Shown here: in pieces, positions 9,283-19,408 of the stretch | How the letters are laid out: each line of letters begins with the position of its first letter | How positions within the stretch are numbered: the stretch's first letter is position 1 | Virus record (IMG/VR): IMGVR_UViG_3300044991_001301 | Source of the DNA: a virus | Strand: one strand, 5' to 3' | DNA length: 64,000 nucleotides | Translations under genes and position numbers: made by a program | The notes under the pieces: model-generated | Seen by the model: the letters and a program-made list of their open reading frames with translations, nothing else | Told to the model about the DNA's origin: nothing | Databases searched by the model: none

Positions 9283-10518
9283 TTACTCCGTTGCATCTTG
9301 TAACTTATTTAACTCGGGGAAGGTTTTCCAAAAACTTTCACCGCGTATTCTATCACCTGAACCTGTATGCATCATAAAGGTTTCTTTATTCGCAGCCCAA
9401 GTGTCGTCATCCTTTGCAAAGTTCACGGCGTCAGTTACTAAACGAGACAACGATGTGTGATCCCCTTCATTACTAGCTGCCCAAGCTAGCGCATTATTTG
9501 CTGCTGCAATTTTTAATTCTTTAGGTAAACTCTTACCGCTGTAATAACTAGGATGGACTGCTAGGTACAAGCTATGATACCAATCTTCTGCGCGGATAAT
9601 TCCTTTACTCTTTAAGTAAGTATAAAATTCTCCTATAGTTGAATAATTGAATATTGAAAATACTGTGTTCATTTGAAAAGACACATAGTCTAGCTCACGG
9701 AACTTTAATAGGTTGCTTTCAACTAACCCCCAATCAGTACCATGTCTCAACCATTCTGCACGTTCGCCATAATGATCTACACTGCAACTTAATTCAATTC
9801 GTTTAAAGTGTTTCCACATATCAAGCAGGTCGTAGTCTTTAAACTTGATGTTACTAGCATTGGTATTATATCGCAAGGTGATGTCAGTGCGGCCCTTGCG
9901 TATCATCTCATCTAGCATTATGTAATGCTCTTCCGTTAGGGTTGGCTCTCCCCCGGCAAAGTATGCCAAATCAATATGTTCAATTTGGTCTAATACTTCC
10001 CGCAACAAGTTACCCTTCTCATCGGCATGGATGACAATGGGATGTTTTGGGTCGTGATTGGCCCGCATTTCTGCTCCCCATTGACTAGAAAACTCTGAGC
10101 CGCACGTACGGCATTTGAAGTTGCAAATGTTGCTGAATCTAATATCAAAGTAATGCATTTTGAAATCAGGTACTGTCCCATCGGCTAATGTAGTGGGCAC
10201 AGTTGAATCAAAATGCTTACTAAAATGCTCTTTACTATAGTTTCTAAAACTATGCGGGCCGGCCTCTTCGTGCTTATAGCAAAAGTTACATATCTTGTTT
10301 GGCTTGTCGTTCAGCATATCCAACCGTAACTGTTTCATCTGTTCATTGTTAAATGCATCTTTAAGGCTAGTTTGTTTAGTATTACCAAACGGCACCGTAT
10401 AGTCATTGCTACAACAAGGATAGATGTCCCCTTTAGGAGTAACATTTAAGTGAATCCAAGGAAACATACAGAAATTTTTACTATCATTTAATAAATATTC
10501 TTTATTCAGCGGAGTCAT
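9283..10518 (-). CDS. Radical SAM protein with N-terminal Twitch/SPASM-like domain
   Basis: FCMFPW...PCC...CNFC, CNFKCRTC, AGGEP. Confidence 0.9.
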   Translation of the reverse strand: MTPLNKEYLLNDSKNFCMFPWIHLNVTPKGDIYPCCSNDYTVPFGNTKQTSLKDAFNNEQMKQLRLDMLNDKPNKICNFCYKHEEAGPHSFRNYSKEHFSKHFDSTVPTTLADGTVPDFKMHYFDIRFSNICNFKCRTCGSEFSSQWGAEMRANHDPKHPIVIHADEKGNLLREVLDQIEHIDLAYFAGGEPTLTEEHYIMLDEMIRKGRTDITLRYNTNASNIKFKDYDLLDMWKHFKRIELSCSVDHYGERAEWLRHGTDWGLVESNLLKFRELDYVSFQMNTVFSIFNYSTIGEFYTYLKSKGIIRAEDWYHSLYLAVHPSYYSGKSLPKELKIAAANNALAWAASNEGDHTSLSRLVTDAVNFAKDDDTWAANKETFMMHTGSGDRIRGESFWKTFPELNKLQDATE

Positions 10519-11774
10519 ACAGTATCATCCATTAAGTCAGCAAGTTCGGGAAATGTTTTAACAAAACTCTCTCCACGAATATTATCACGCAGTATTGTGT
10601 TGGTTCTAAATTCTTCCTTATATTTTTCCCACGTATTTTCACTGGGTGCCATAGTCCAATCGATTATGCTGTTAACTGCGGTAAGCGACGGAGTATTAGC
10701 AGAGAATCCGCGTTCCCGCATTAGGTCTAATAGTGATAATAGTTTTAATCTGCCCTCATCTTTGTGATGCTGTGGTAAAACATTTGAAGTAAGGTATTCA
10801 GGACTAGACATATTATATATTGAAAAGTGAGCAGTGACCGGGTACAAGTCTTTATCAAATAGATATTGATAAAACTCTAGAAATGTCTTGTAATTATATA
10901 AACTTAGCACAGTATTCATTTGCAACCTGATGAATGGCGATTTTTTAGCCATTACGAAATTATATTCTATGTCGGCCCAATTGGTGCCATGGCGTATATA
11001 TTCCGCACGTTCGCCGTAATGATCTACGCTAGCATAAACTTGAATATGATGCTTGAACTTCTTCCAAAGACCCATCAAATCTTTATCTTTGAATTTTAGA
11101 TTGCTAAAATTCGTGTTATAGCGCAATGCTATGTCTGTGCGACCTTGCCTTATCATTTCTTCTAACATTATGTAATGTTCCTCTGTGATAAGCGGCTCAC
11201 CACCGGCAAAATAAGCGTCTTCCATATGGGGAATCTGATCTAAGACCTCTTGTAAAAATTCCTTTTTATTATTCTTTAAAATAATGCGGCGGCTGATATT
11301 GTTTTTTAGATTCTCTTGTTCCCATTGACTACTAAAATCGGGTCCGCAAGTCCTACATTTAAAATTACAAATATTACTGAATCTGATATCAAAGTATCTC
11401 ATCTTAAATTCAGTCAGGGACCCATCTTCCCGGGTAGGAGTAACAGCAGTATCAAAATAGTTACCGTATTGTTTGTTAGAGCTAGTTCGAAAACTTCCCA
11501 TATCCATGCTGTCATGCTTGTGACAGGTCGCGCATATTGGATTTTTAACATCACGCAACATATCAACACGCAGTTTCTTCATCTCAGTAGCATTGACAAT
11601 TTCCATCATGCTATCTTTGTTTGAATTGGCAATGACTTTATGATAACCAAACTCATCGATTGGTGTTTTTCCTATGCAACACGGCAGAACATCGCCAGTT
11701 GGACTGGTGTTGAAATGTACCCATGGCAGCATACAGAATGATTTGCTTTCTGTTAATAAATATTCTTTGTTCAT
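10515..11774 (-). CDS. Radical SAM protein with N-terminal Twitch/SPASM-like domain
   Basis: FCMLPW...PCC...CATC, CNFKCRTC, AGGEP; close paralog of 9283..10518. Confidence 0.9.
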   Translation of the reverse strand: MNKEYLLTESKSFCMLPWVHFNTSPTGDVLPCCIGKTPIDEFGYHKVIANSNKDSMMEIVNATEMKKLRVDMLRDVKNPICATCHKHDSMDMGSFRTSSNKQYGNYFDTAVTPTREDGSLTEFKMRYFDIRFSNICNFKCRTCGPDFSSQWEQENLKNNISRRIILKNNKKEFLQEVLDQIPHMEDAYFAGGEPLITEEHYIMLEEMIRQGRTDIALRYNTNFSNLKFKDKDLMGLWKKFKHHIQVYASVDHYGERAEYIRHGTNWADIEYNFVMAKKSPFIRLQMNTVLSLYNYKTFLEFYQYLFDKDLYPVTAHFSIYNMSSPEYLTSNVLPQHHKDEGRLKLLSLLDLMRERGFSANTPSLTAVNSIIDWTMAPSENTWEKYKEEFRTNTILRDNIRGESFVKTFPELADLMDDTV

Positions 11775-13165
11775 AGTGGATTTAATCGGTTATCTGTCTG
11801 ACACATTCTATAGAAGTTTATATATTCAGGGAATATAGATACCATATCTGTGTCTCGCCGCTCATCCAATTCATTAAACCAATTGTAAAAATCGCGGCGT
11901 CCTTCTAGTAGTTTATCATCTGAATACACAGTTTCTGCCATGTAATCAACTACTCGCTTGAACTTTTCATATTCAACGGTAGTGAATTTATTACTAGCAG
12001 TATCATCAACATTCTCCAACATAAACTGTAGAGAATCATGCATATAGGGCATAAATTCTTCTTTGGGAAGAATGTTCATATCATACTGCAGTGGATCCCG
12101 TAAGTATGGAGTATCAAATCTAACACGATGACTCTTTATGTCGTCGTACCATCCATATTGATTACGCCATTCCAGCATCTTCACAAGCAGTTGCTTGAAG
12201 GTAGTTACACTGAAGATGTTGAAGGTAATCATAAATGTGATCGGACTATCTGTGCGTTGTAAGTATGTGTGAAAATTCTTTTCCCACAATTCCAAATCCA
12301 ATCCAGTACGAATATATTCGGCGCGCGGGCCCCATGTGTCTAAGCTGGTGAATAGTTTAAATGAGCGAATCTTTCCGTCATCACACAGTTGCTTAACACT
12401 ATCACTTAACTTTTCAACTAAACTGGTTTTAGTCCCTAGATTACTGTTAATATTCAACTCCAACCACGGCATAGGGTCAGCGGCAATCTTATCTAACAAC
12501 TGCCATGTGCTGCGGTGCATGGTTGGCTCACCGCCAGTAACTCGCATGATATTCAATGTCTTTCGTAATTCAGGCCACCATTCCCAGAATGCATCAACGT
12601 ATGGATTTTCTTCTTCACGTTGGTATAGTTTCATCCAATCAATGTCGCAACGATGATTCTTTACTGTAGTGACTGGGCCATTCTCTTTGATTTCATTATA
12701 GAATCGTGTGCTGTACTTTGGATGACAATATCCACACTTGAAATTACATTCATTACCAAAGTTAATTTCTAAGTATTCTGGATTTATGTTTTGATCCCAC
12801 GGACCCTTAACCGTCTGCTCATACCGTTCTTCAGTAAAAATACTAGCGTTACGAATATGACGGTCACTTATGTAATCTGGGCCCATTGCTTCAATGTTCC
12901 AGCAGTATTGACACCCCTTAGGTTTCTCACCAGCAAGCATTTCTTTACGTTCTAACTTCTTATGCATGGTGTTATGCAACGCAGATGGGTTGTCTTTCAA
13001 TTCACTTAGTGGAATCTTATGTGGCTGCGGGTGATAACAACTATGTGTCTCCCCTGTTTGTAAATACATAGTCACATGATGCCATTTAGCAAGACAGAAG
13101 GTAGGCCCTACTTCATTCTCGATTCGTATTTTAATATCTTTGATTCTTTTTTGTTCTGATGACAT
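11771..13165 (-). CDS. Radical SAM protein with N-terminal Cys-rich domain
   Basis: FCLAKW...SC...CQYC, CNFKCGYC, TGGEP. Confidence 0.9.
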   Translation of the reverse strand: MSSEQKRIKDIKIRIENEVGPTFCLAKWHHVTMYLQTGETHSCYHPQPHKIPLSELKDNPSALHNTMHKKLERKEMLAGEKPKGCQYCWNIEAMGPDYISDRHIRNASIFTEERYEQTVKGPWDQNINPEYLEINFGNECNFKCGYCHPKYSTRFYNEIKENGPVTTVKNHRCDIDWMKLYQREEENPYVDAFWEWWPELRKTLNIMRVTGGEPTMHRSTWQLLDKIAADPMPWLELNINSNLGTKTSLVEKLSDSVKQLCDDGKIRSFKLFTSLDTWGPRAEYIRTGLDLELWEKNFHTYLQRTDSPITFMITFNIFSVTTFKQLLVKMLEWRNQYGWYDDIKSHRVRFDTPYLRDPLQYDMNILPKEEFMPYMHDSLQFMLENVDDTASNKFTTVEYEKFKRVVDYMAETVYSDDKLLEGRRDFYNWFNELDERRDTDMVSIFPEYINFYRMCQTDNRLNPL

Positions 13166-13169
13166 TCTC

Positions 13170-14120
13170 TTACCATCCCTCTATTTTTCTAATTACATCC
13201 ATTTCTGTTACTAATGGGCCTATATTGCGGAAGTCAGCTTTATAATGTCGCTTAAAGAATTTACTCTGTGAAAAAGTTAATGTACACATAGGTAAATCTA
13301 ATTTAGCTGCTAGTGATTCTCCCAATAAAGTTAATTCTTTTTCAGGGTCTAGACCTTTATGTTCTTCCCATAAAGCAGTGTAATTATCAAACCATTGAAC
13401 ATTTGCAGGATCCCACTCAGTCAACATGGTCATGTAAGTGCCCAGTCTTGCGCCATAGATAGCCCATAAGCCATTCTCAACATCAGCACCTACATTATGC
13501 CAGATGGTCAAATTGTTTAAATTTCTAGTTGCGACGGTTTCTTTAAATTGCTCTATGCTAGGCCTCGCACCTCTATCTAAACTCATCTTGACACCCTCTC
13601 GGAATCCTGCTCGCCAGGCTTGAAATGGAGTATAGTTAGGATACGTTGTTGAATAACAATCGTGCATTGCCCAATACAAATTGTCTTTGCCGTCCATACA
13701 AAAATCAGCAATGCGTGATACGTCACCATCAGTTTGATGTTCGTGAGTTTTCATATTGGCAACATATTCCTGTGTCCAGGACGACATACCACCGTTACCG
13801 TAGCGCAAACCGTTAATGCTGTTTATTGCTTTCCAACGAAATTGCGCTAGTTTAAAGGTAGGGTCTTTGTTGGTAAAGTCTAATTGTAAATTGAAGAAAC
13901 TTTCTTCAGGCATATTGTCACCGTCAATTAGAATAAATCGTTCAGTATCACTTGCAAGGCCCGCAGCTTTATGTGCGGCGTCACTACCTTTAACATTATC
14001 AACCCGTTTAGCCCAGGGTATCATATTCTTAATCTTAAGCCAAAATTCTTCCTTTTGGGGTTCATCATAGCTTAGATACACAACGTCTAAATCTGCTATA
14101 TCTACTATGTTTGAATTCAT
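13170..14120 (-). CDS. Putative GT-A glycosyltransferase-like protein
   Basis: VVYLSYDEP, AHKAAG, FILIDGDN (DxD motif after a hydrophobic strand). Confidence 0.55.
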   Translation of the reverse strand: MNSNIVDIADLDVVYLSYDEPQKEEFWLKIKNMIPWAKRVDNVKGSDAAHKAAGLASDTERFILIDGDNMPEESFFNLQLDFTNKDPTFKLAQFRWKAINSINGLRYGNGGMSSWTQEYVANMKTHEHQTDGDVSRIADFCMDGKDNLYWAMHDCYSTTYPNYTPFQAWRAGFREGVKMSLDRGARPSIEQFKETVATRNLNNLTIWHNVGADVENGLWAIYGARLGTYMTMLTEWDPANVQWFDNYTALWEEHKGLDPEKELTLLGESLAAKLDLPMCTLTFSQSKFFKRHYKADFRNIGPLVTEMDVIRKIEGW

Positions 14121-14471
14121 TTAGTTCCTAAGTTCATACGTGTTTAATTTCCATTTAATCGTATCCCCGACATAACCTGCACCAACTACAATGCTTATAT
14201 CTTCTGTCACGCACGATTGCCCGGTAATGGCATCTGGCATCAATTTAGTGACTACGACACATTCTGATAGATTTGATATTTTTCCATCAATGACTCTAAC
14301 ATCAGGTCTTCCCGCGGCATAGCTACTAGCATCGATAATGATGTAGTTTCCATCAAGTTTTTCACAAGTATAACAAATTACCTTGCCAGTGTCGCTATAA
14401 TATAAACGAAACTCAGGTGGGATAATCTTTGGAGCTTCCCATAAAATTATATAATCATCATCATCTTGCAT
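14121..14471 (-). CDS. Hypothetical protein
   Basis: 116-aa ORF tightly packed in the operon, overlapping or abutting its neighbours. Confidence 0.7.
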   Translation of the reverse strand: MQDDDDYIILWEAPKIIPPEFRLYYSDTGKVICYTCEKLDGNYIIIDASSYAAGRPDVRVIDGKISNLSECVVVTKLMPDAITGQSCVTEDISIVVGAGYVGDTIKWKLNTYELRN

Positions 14472-15264
14472 ATAAACTCTTACTTATTTTATCACAAAAA
14501 TTCTTCAATTGATAGTGAAATGGGTACAATTGTGGGTTAGTATTTACCCGTAAGGTGTGGGGCAGTATTTCATAAACAAACGTATCTGTCCAATCTGCGG
14601 TGGGCAAATCATTAATAAACTGTTTCATATGCACCATGCTCATTGCTGTAAAGTTAGGCAGTGTTGTTTTTTCTACGCCAACAATGTGACTGGCAATAGC
14701 ATATACCCAATCTGTGGTTGGTAGCTCATCTCTATTACATTTGAGAATAGCAATATATTGATTCCAGTTTTCAAATATATCCCTCACTACTTCAAAAAAC
14801 AAACGAGCAGTATCAGATTTCTTAAAATAGGTGATAGCGTTGTAGCAGTCCGGCAATGCATTGTCGTCAATAAATTTTCTGTATGCTCGCGAAGTAGAAA
14901 TGTCTTGTCTAAAGTTTCTAATGGTCGTGGATATCACAACATCACGCTGCTGTAGAGTGTGCCACCAATGGTCTATAGAGCTAGGTAGATACAAATCTGC
15001 TTCTAACTTAATAGTGTATTCATATGGACTAGCCTCATATACTTGCCAATCATTAGATAGCTTCCAATTGCTAGTAGGATCAATATCACCGTATGGTAGC
15101 TTAATAACCTGATCAAATGCTTTACATAGAGTAGTGTTGTCGCTAATAAGTGATACATTAGCAGATGGCATTTGAGCTTTAATGCTTTGTGCCAAGACCT
15201 CAGCACATTTAACATAGTCAACATCAGCGGTATTTTGAGCGAGGATTACAAATCCTTTAGTCAT
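14461..15264 (-). CDS. GT8-like glycosyltransferase
   Basis: KGFVILA...SPYEYTIKLEADL (ExD); paralog of 15261..16064. Confidence 0.6.
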   Translation of the reverse strand: MTKGFVILAQNTADVDYVKCAEVLAQSIKAQMPSANVSLISDNTTLCKAFDQVIKLPYGDIDPTSNWKLSNDWQVYEASPYEYTIKLEADLYLPSSIDHWWHTLQQRDVVISTTIRNFRQDISTSRAYRKFIDDNALPDCYNAITYFKKSDTARLFFEVVRDIFENWNQYIAILKCNRDELPTTDWVYAIASHIVGVEKTTLPNFTAMSMVHMKQFINDLPTADWTDTFVYEILPHTLRVNTNPQLYPFHYQLKNFCDKISKSLYAR

Positions 15265-16064
15265 TTTATTAACTCTAAGAAGTTATCTTTTTGCATAACG
15301 TGAAAGTCCATATCTTTAATAGTCATATATTCTTTTCGGATCTTAGCACGTTGCCAATTATCAAACATCACAGTATATTCAGTATTAAATTCATCAGTAG
15401 AATTTGCATAGATTGAAGTGTTCTTGCCAATATGGGTTAAGTTCCATGGAATGATATCTTCTGCTTGCATTAAATGCCCATTAGCAATCCTAAGTGCTAA
15501 CGTTAACGCATAGTCATTACGATAGACCCCTCCTATAAAACTATGAATATTACCATAATGCTCATAGTTTTTCTGAACCATTTCCAAACACTCAAATATT
15601 TGCTTTGCTCTATTGGTTTTTCTAAAGGCTATCACAGTGGCCCATAGTGTTTTATAGCTGTATGCGCTTAATACTTCTTGCGCTGCGCCCACATTCATCA
15701 GAAAAGTAGTGGCATCGTGACAGCAAAAATCAATTGAAGTCTCAAATGTTTTTAACAGTTTAGATGAATTAACCATATAGTCGGTATCTAAGAGCAAGGT
15801 TTCATCATATGGACTAAGTTCATATGCTTGGTATCTGCCCTTATTAATCCAAATACTATAATCACGAATGTTGCCTTTATCCGGCTTAGTTATTATCACA
15901 TTATCAAATTGATAGTCAACTTGGTCTGGGATTGAACTTTCATCCGTGACTATGGTTACCGGCATTGATAAAAAATGATTTATACGTTTAGCTGTTGCTA
16001 CTGCCATTGTGTAATAGTTATACTTTGGCGAGTTAAAGGCAAACAAGATTGCACCTCTAGTCAT
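15261..16064 (-). CDS. GT8-like glycosyltransferase
   Basis: SPYDETLLLDTDY (DxD), RNDYA, C-terminal HVMQK. Confidence 0.65.
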   Translation of the reverse strand: MTRGAILFAFNSPKYNYYTMAVATAKRINHFLSMPVTIVTDESSIPDQVDYQFDNVIITKPDKGNIRDYSIWINKGRYQAYELSPYDETLLLDTDYMVNSSKLLKTFETSIDFCCHDATTFLMNVGAAQEVLSAYSYKTLWATVIAFRKTNRAKQIFECLEMVQKNYEHYGNIHSFIGGVYRNDYALTLALRIANGHLMQAEDIIPWNLTHIGKNTSIYANSTDEFNTEYTVMFDNWQRAKIRKEYMTIKDMDFHVMQKDNFLELIK

Positions 16065-16366
16065 CGCTTTCTCTCTAGTTCACTCCATTCATCATACCAT
16101 TCTTGCATGGTTTCATCGTAGATGGATTGTAATTTAGTTAAAAGGTCGCTGCGATTTACTTTAACTGGATTAGCGAATGTGTCTATGAGAATGATTGTAT
16201 CAGAGAGAGTGGCGTTTAAGAAATTGATTGTTTCTAAATTGACTTTCCAAAGACCACCTTGATCAGCAACAATAAGCTTGCTATCATATTTTTCTTTAAG
16301 GTAGGCTTTGGCTGAGCTATGATTGAATCTAGCTCGGGCATCACTAATTAATGTTTGTGTATCCAT
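16061..16366 (-). CDS. Hypothetical protein (possible tail fibre assembly-associated)
   Basis: 101-aa ORF with AAGGAG RBS; ATGA overlap with the next gene. Confidence 0.7.
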   Translation of the reverse strand: MDTQTLISDARARFNHSSAKAYLKEKYDSKLIVADQGGLWKVNLETINFLNATLSDTIILIDTFANPVKVNRSDLLTKLQSIYDETMQEWYDEWSELERKR

Positions 16367-16399
16367 CTAACACTCCTTAAGAGTATTTAGATGGATACA
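16358..16399 (-). promoter_or_regulatory. Late promoter (CTAAATA) inside an RBS/start-sequestering hairpin
   Basis: 13-bp inverted repeat tgtatccatctaa (16358-16370) / ttagatggataca (16387-16399), extended by actc/gagt; promoter at 16384-16390, SD at 16373-16378. Confidence 0.7.
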
Positions 16400-16415
16400 G
16401 GGGAGTAATTAAAAA

Positions 16416-17369
16416 TTACGAGCCAGTAACCGTGCCAGTTACTGCGGGCGCGCCCCACGATGCTGATGGCAAATAAACTGATTCAGGCGGCCGTATAGTC
16501 ACCGTAGTAGCTGATCCAGCAGACGCTGAGAGTCCGTCAGGTACTTCATCCCACAGTGTGTAAATGGTAATTATGCTTCCGGCGTCACCATTTGATCCCT
16601 GAGTTCCATTTGATTTAGTTATTACACGAATAAACGTGCTTAAATAACCAGATGGGCCAGTCGATGCTAGTTGAGTAAACACATTAGCATTTGATGTTGT
16701 TTGCGCATAATAACCAGAGTTAGCACTAATAGTAGGAGTGTTGCCGCCGCCGGCTATTTTAGTCACTCCATTATACGAAGTAGATGCCACTGTGATCGAA
16801 CCTGATGTAGGGGAGCTTAATACCACAGTACCAATGTTACTAGCTAATCCGTTTAATAGTAAATTGATGCCAGTTCCAGCTGGATGCGAACACGTTACTG
16901 CCAACTGCCCACCCGCGTTAAAGAAGTATCTAGCCGCATCACCCGAAGCAAATGTTATAGTATGGACGAAGGTTAAAGCCGAGCTCCAAGTACTTGCGTA
17001 TGTCGCTGTGTTAGAACTAGTACTACCTTGCGTTGCTGCGTTTAGCCGATTGGTATAGATAGTGGTTAGGTTAGTAGGAATAGCTGACAAATATGTTACT
17101 GTTCCTCCCGCACTAGGGGCAACTACACTGGTAATTGAAGAACCCTGATGTGATGCTGAATTTGCAGTATTGTTAATGAGTGAAGCCCACTGAGATGCGG
17201 TTACACTAGTTCCGACGGCGACATTAGCAACAGCAGTTTGCCCATATCCGGCTGCTGTACCACCAGTAGCCCATACGGTATTCAATCTGCCACTAGTAAT
17301 TACAGGGTTTCCACCAACCAAAGTGTTATAATCTGTGGCTTCAATCAAGCCATATTGTGCGTAAGTCAT
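16416..17369 (-). CDS. Virion structural/tail fibre-associated protein
   Basis: Ser/Thr/Gly-rich beta-type sequence with ARYFFNAGG motif; located in the tail module. Confidence 0.6.
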   Translation of the reverse strand: MTYAQYGLIEATDYNTLVGGNPVITSGRLNTVWATGGTAAGYGQTAVANVAVGTSVTASQWASLINNTANSASHQGSSITSVVAPSAGGTVTYLSAIPTNLTTIYTNRLNAATQGSTSSNTATYASTWSSALTFVHTITFASGDAARYFFNAGGQLAVTCSHPAGTGINLLLNGLASNIGTVVLSSPTSGSITVASTSYNGVTKIAGGGNTPTISANSGYYAQTTSNANVFTQLASTGPSGYLSTFIRVITKSNGTQGSNGDAGSIITIYTLWDEVPDGLSASAGSATTVTIRPPESVYLPSASWGAPAVTGTVTGS

Positions 17370-17378
17370 TTATTATCC

Positions 17379-18605
17379 TTATCTAATCATTACGATGGCT
17401 TCTACTGTCCCGATAGTAGTAGAAGCCTTCTCAGTTAATGATCTGCCGATAGTATTGAATGCGCTTGCTTCACCGACTATGGCTGCTCTAGCAATACCAT
17501 TTCCAGCACTTACTAATCGTTGACCTTTTCTAACTGGACCAGTAACCTTAACTTGAACTCTGCCGCTAACAGCAACTGGCGGGTGAGTAGAATCATTTCC
17601 GGCGCCCGAGTTCATTAAATATGCCGCAGTATTAGAGATTACTCCAAATACATCTTCACTTAAATCGTGTCTGACAGCAGTAATTTCTTTATCACCGCCG
17701 AGTTCAACCACTGTGCCAGGGCTGTATGAATCATCAGCTTCAAATCTTTCAGCCAAGTCAGCGTATGTAGCATTTAGCCGCGAACCTGAACTTAATGTCC
17801 AATTACCAGTGATTACCCCTGCATTTGACGACACGCCGGTCGTTAAGATAGGAGTTTGAATATTTGAAGATAAGATGTTTCCACCAAATACCGGTAGATA
17901 ACTAGCTACGTTCGAATTCGCATAGGTGCCTGCAAAGCTAATAGGGGTGCCATTAGCATACATATATTTGTCTGTCTTAATACCGTATAAATTCGCGCCA
18001 GCAGAATTACTAATGAAAATTCCACCGGTATTAAAAATAACAGCGTTAGCGTTAGCGCCTCCCGGGCCACCATTAATAGTCCACAAACCTGTCAACGTCC
18101 CTGCCGTAGTAGCAGCACCGGTGGTGATCGCAGTAGTAGTAAGCGTACCGATATTAGCAGTCGTTGTAGTTGAATCTACTATACTTGCATTCGCAGATAC
18201 CGTCAAATATGAAGTGAATATCGCATTCGCATTTGAATTATTTACCGCAGATATATTATTCGCCGACAAATTACCAGTGACTGTAACTGCACCAAATGTC
18301 GTTGCACCACCACTACTGGTAGATGTCAACCCCAACCATGCTGCTGCGTTAGACTCTCCGTCAGTAGGGCACACATACAGTGTGCTGTTGTTTGTATTAT
18401 ACCATAGCTGCCCTCTTAGAGGATTGGCCGGTGGCGCCGTGTCAGCGAAGTTCTCAGCCATATGGGTGAAGTTAGTATCTAACGCCTGTCCATAACCTGC
18501 GTAATTTCTACCCGGAAGACCAAGACTTGTACTAGTAGTATTAATAGTACCATCGGCGATGGTCGTTAATACTGTACCGTCACTTTTAACAATCGTATAT
18601 GCCAT
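17379..18605 (-). CDS. Tail fibre protein with C-terminal intramolecular chaperone-like domain
   Basis: N-terminal anchor GRNYAGYG...ENFA...GQLWYN; C-terminal YADLAERF...PPVAVSGRVQVKV. Confidence 0.7.
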   Translation of the reverse strand: MAYTIVKSDGTVLTTIADGTINTTSTSLGLPGRNYAGYGQALDTNFTHMAENFADTAPPANPLRGQLWYNTNNSTLYVCPTDGESNAAAWLGLTSTSSGGATTFGAVTVTGNLSANNISAVNNSNANAIFTSYLTVSANASIVDSTTTTANIGTLTTTAITTGAATTAGTLTGLWTINGGPGGANANAVIFNTGGIFISNSAGANLYGIKTDKYMYANGTPISFAGTYANSNVASYLPVFGGNILSSNIQTPILTTGVSSNAGVITGNWTLSSGSRLNATYADLAERFEADDSYSPGTVVELGGDKEITAVRHDLSEDVFGVISNTAAYLMNSGAGNDSTHPPVAVSGRVQVKVTGPVRKGQRLVSAGNGIARAAIVGEASAFNTIGRSLTEKASTTIGTVEAIVMIR

Positions 18606-18635
18606 ATTCTTTAACTCCGCTGCCTTGTATTTATG

Positions 18636-19256
18636 TTAAATTGTTACTAAATTCGTTAAGGATTGGATCCTAACGGTGTAATCAATTTGTATCTGTCTGT
18701 TCAAACTTTTTTGTACTGGGTGAAAGATTACGTGGGTTAATAATCTAGTTATAACATTCCCTCCGCTATCTGTACCGTAATTAGCTAATAATCCAAGCTC
18801 ATCAAAAACATATTCGCCTGCTGTCTGCGTACTATTGTCAAACGCAGCTTGTCCTGCAGGCTCACCGTAGTCTAGTAAGCACTGTACCAGAATATCGGTA
18901 TAGACTTTTCCAGTGGTATGAGACACGGTCATTTTATTTCTTGTTGGATCTAAGTTAAAAACGCTAGTATCATCTACAATTTTAACATAAGTTTCGTTGT
19001 ACAATGCCGCATTCTGACCGGTTGTATTAGGTGGTAAATAGGTTATAGTTCCAGTTTCATCAACTGATGCCCCGCCATTTCCAAATGCCATCTGATAGAT
19101 TTCTCCGTAGCCTCGACTGCTTAGCGTGTCCGCGATAGCTTCAGACATATTTTCGTAATTTATACTATTCCTTTTATCTACCAATATTTCTCCGGTATTA
19201 GGGTCGTGTATTTTTAGAAAACCTTCAATTTTGTATGATAAAGTAATGACTGACAT
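18636..19256 (-). CDS. Virion structural (baseplate/tail) protein
   Basis: MAFGNGG, FDELGL, LLTHVIFHPVQKSLNR; located in the baseplate module. Confidence 0.6.
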   Translation of the reverse strand: MSVITLSYKIEGFLKIHDPNTGEILVDKRNSINYENMSEAIADTLSSRGYGEIYQMAFGNGGASVDETGTITYLPPNTTGQNAALYNETYVKIVDDTSVFNLDPTRNKMTVSHTTGKVYTDILVQCLLDYGEPAGQAAFDNSTQTAGEYVFDELGLLANYGTDSGGNVITRLLTHVIFHPVQKSLNRQIQIDYTVRIQSLTNLVTI

Positions 19257-19408
19257 TAGCTATCGCCTCTTTTTTGTACTAGAATTTCGTTTGAATTAGG
19301 ATCAGATATTTTCAGATGTGACAAAAAATAGAATCCACCAACGTCGTTGGGCTTGGATTCCGGTTTATTTTGCTGTTTTTCTTGACTGGCTGAGGTCTTT
19401 TCATTCAT
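19256..19408 (-). CDS. Small 50-aa protein absent from the ORF track
   Basis: MNEKTSASQEKQQNKPESKPNDVGGFYFLSHLKISDPNSNEILVQKRGDS; ATAAATA just upstream; TAATG overlap with the 19256 gene. Confidence 0.7.
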   Translation of the reverse strand: MNEKTSASQEKQQNKPESKPNDVGGFYFLSHLKISDPNSNEILVQKRGDS

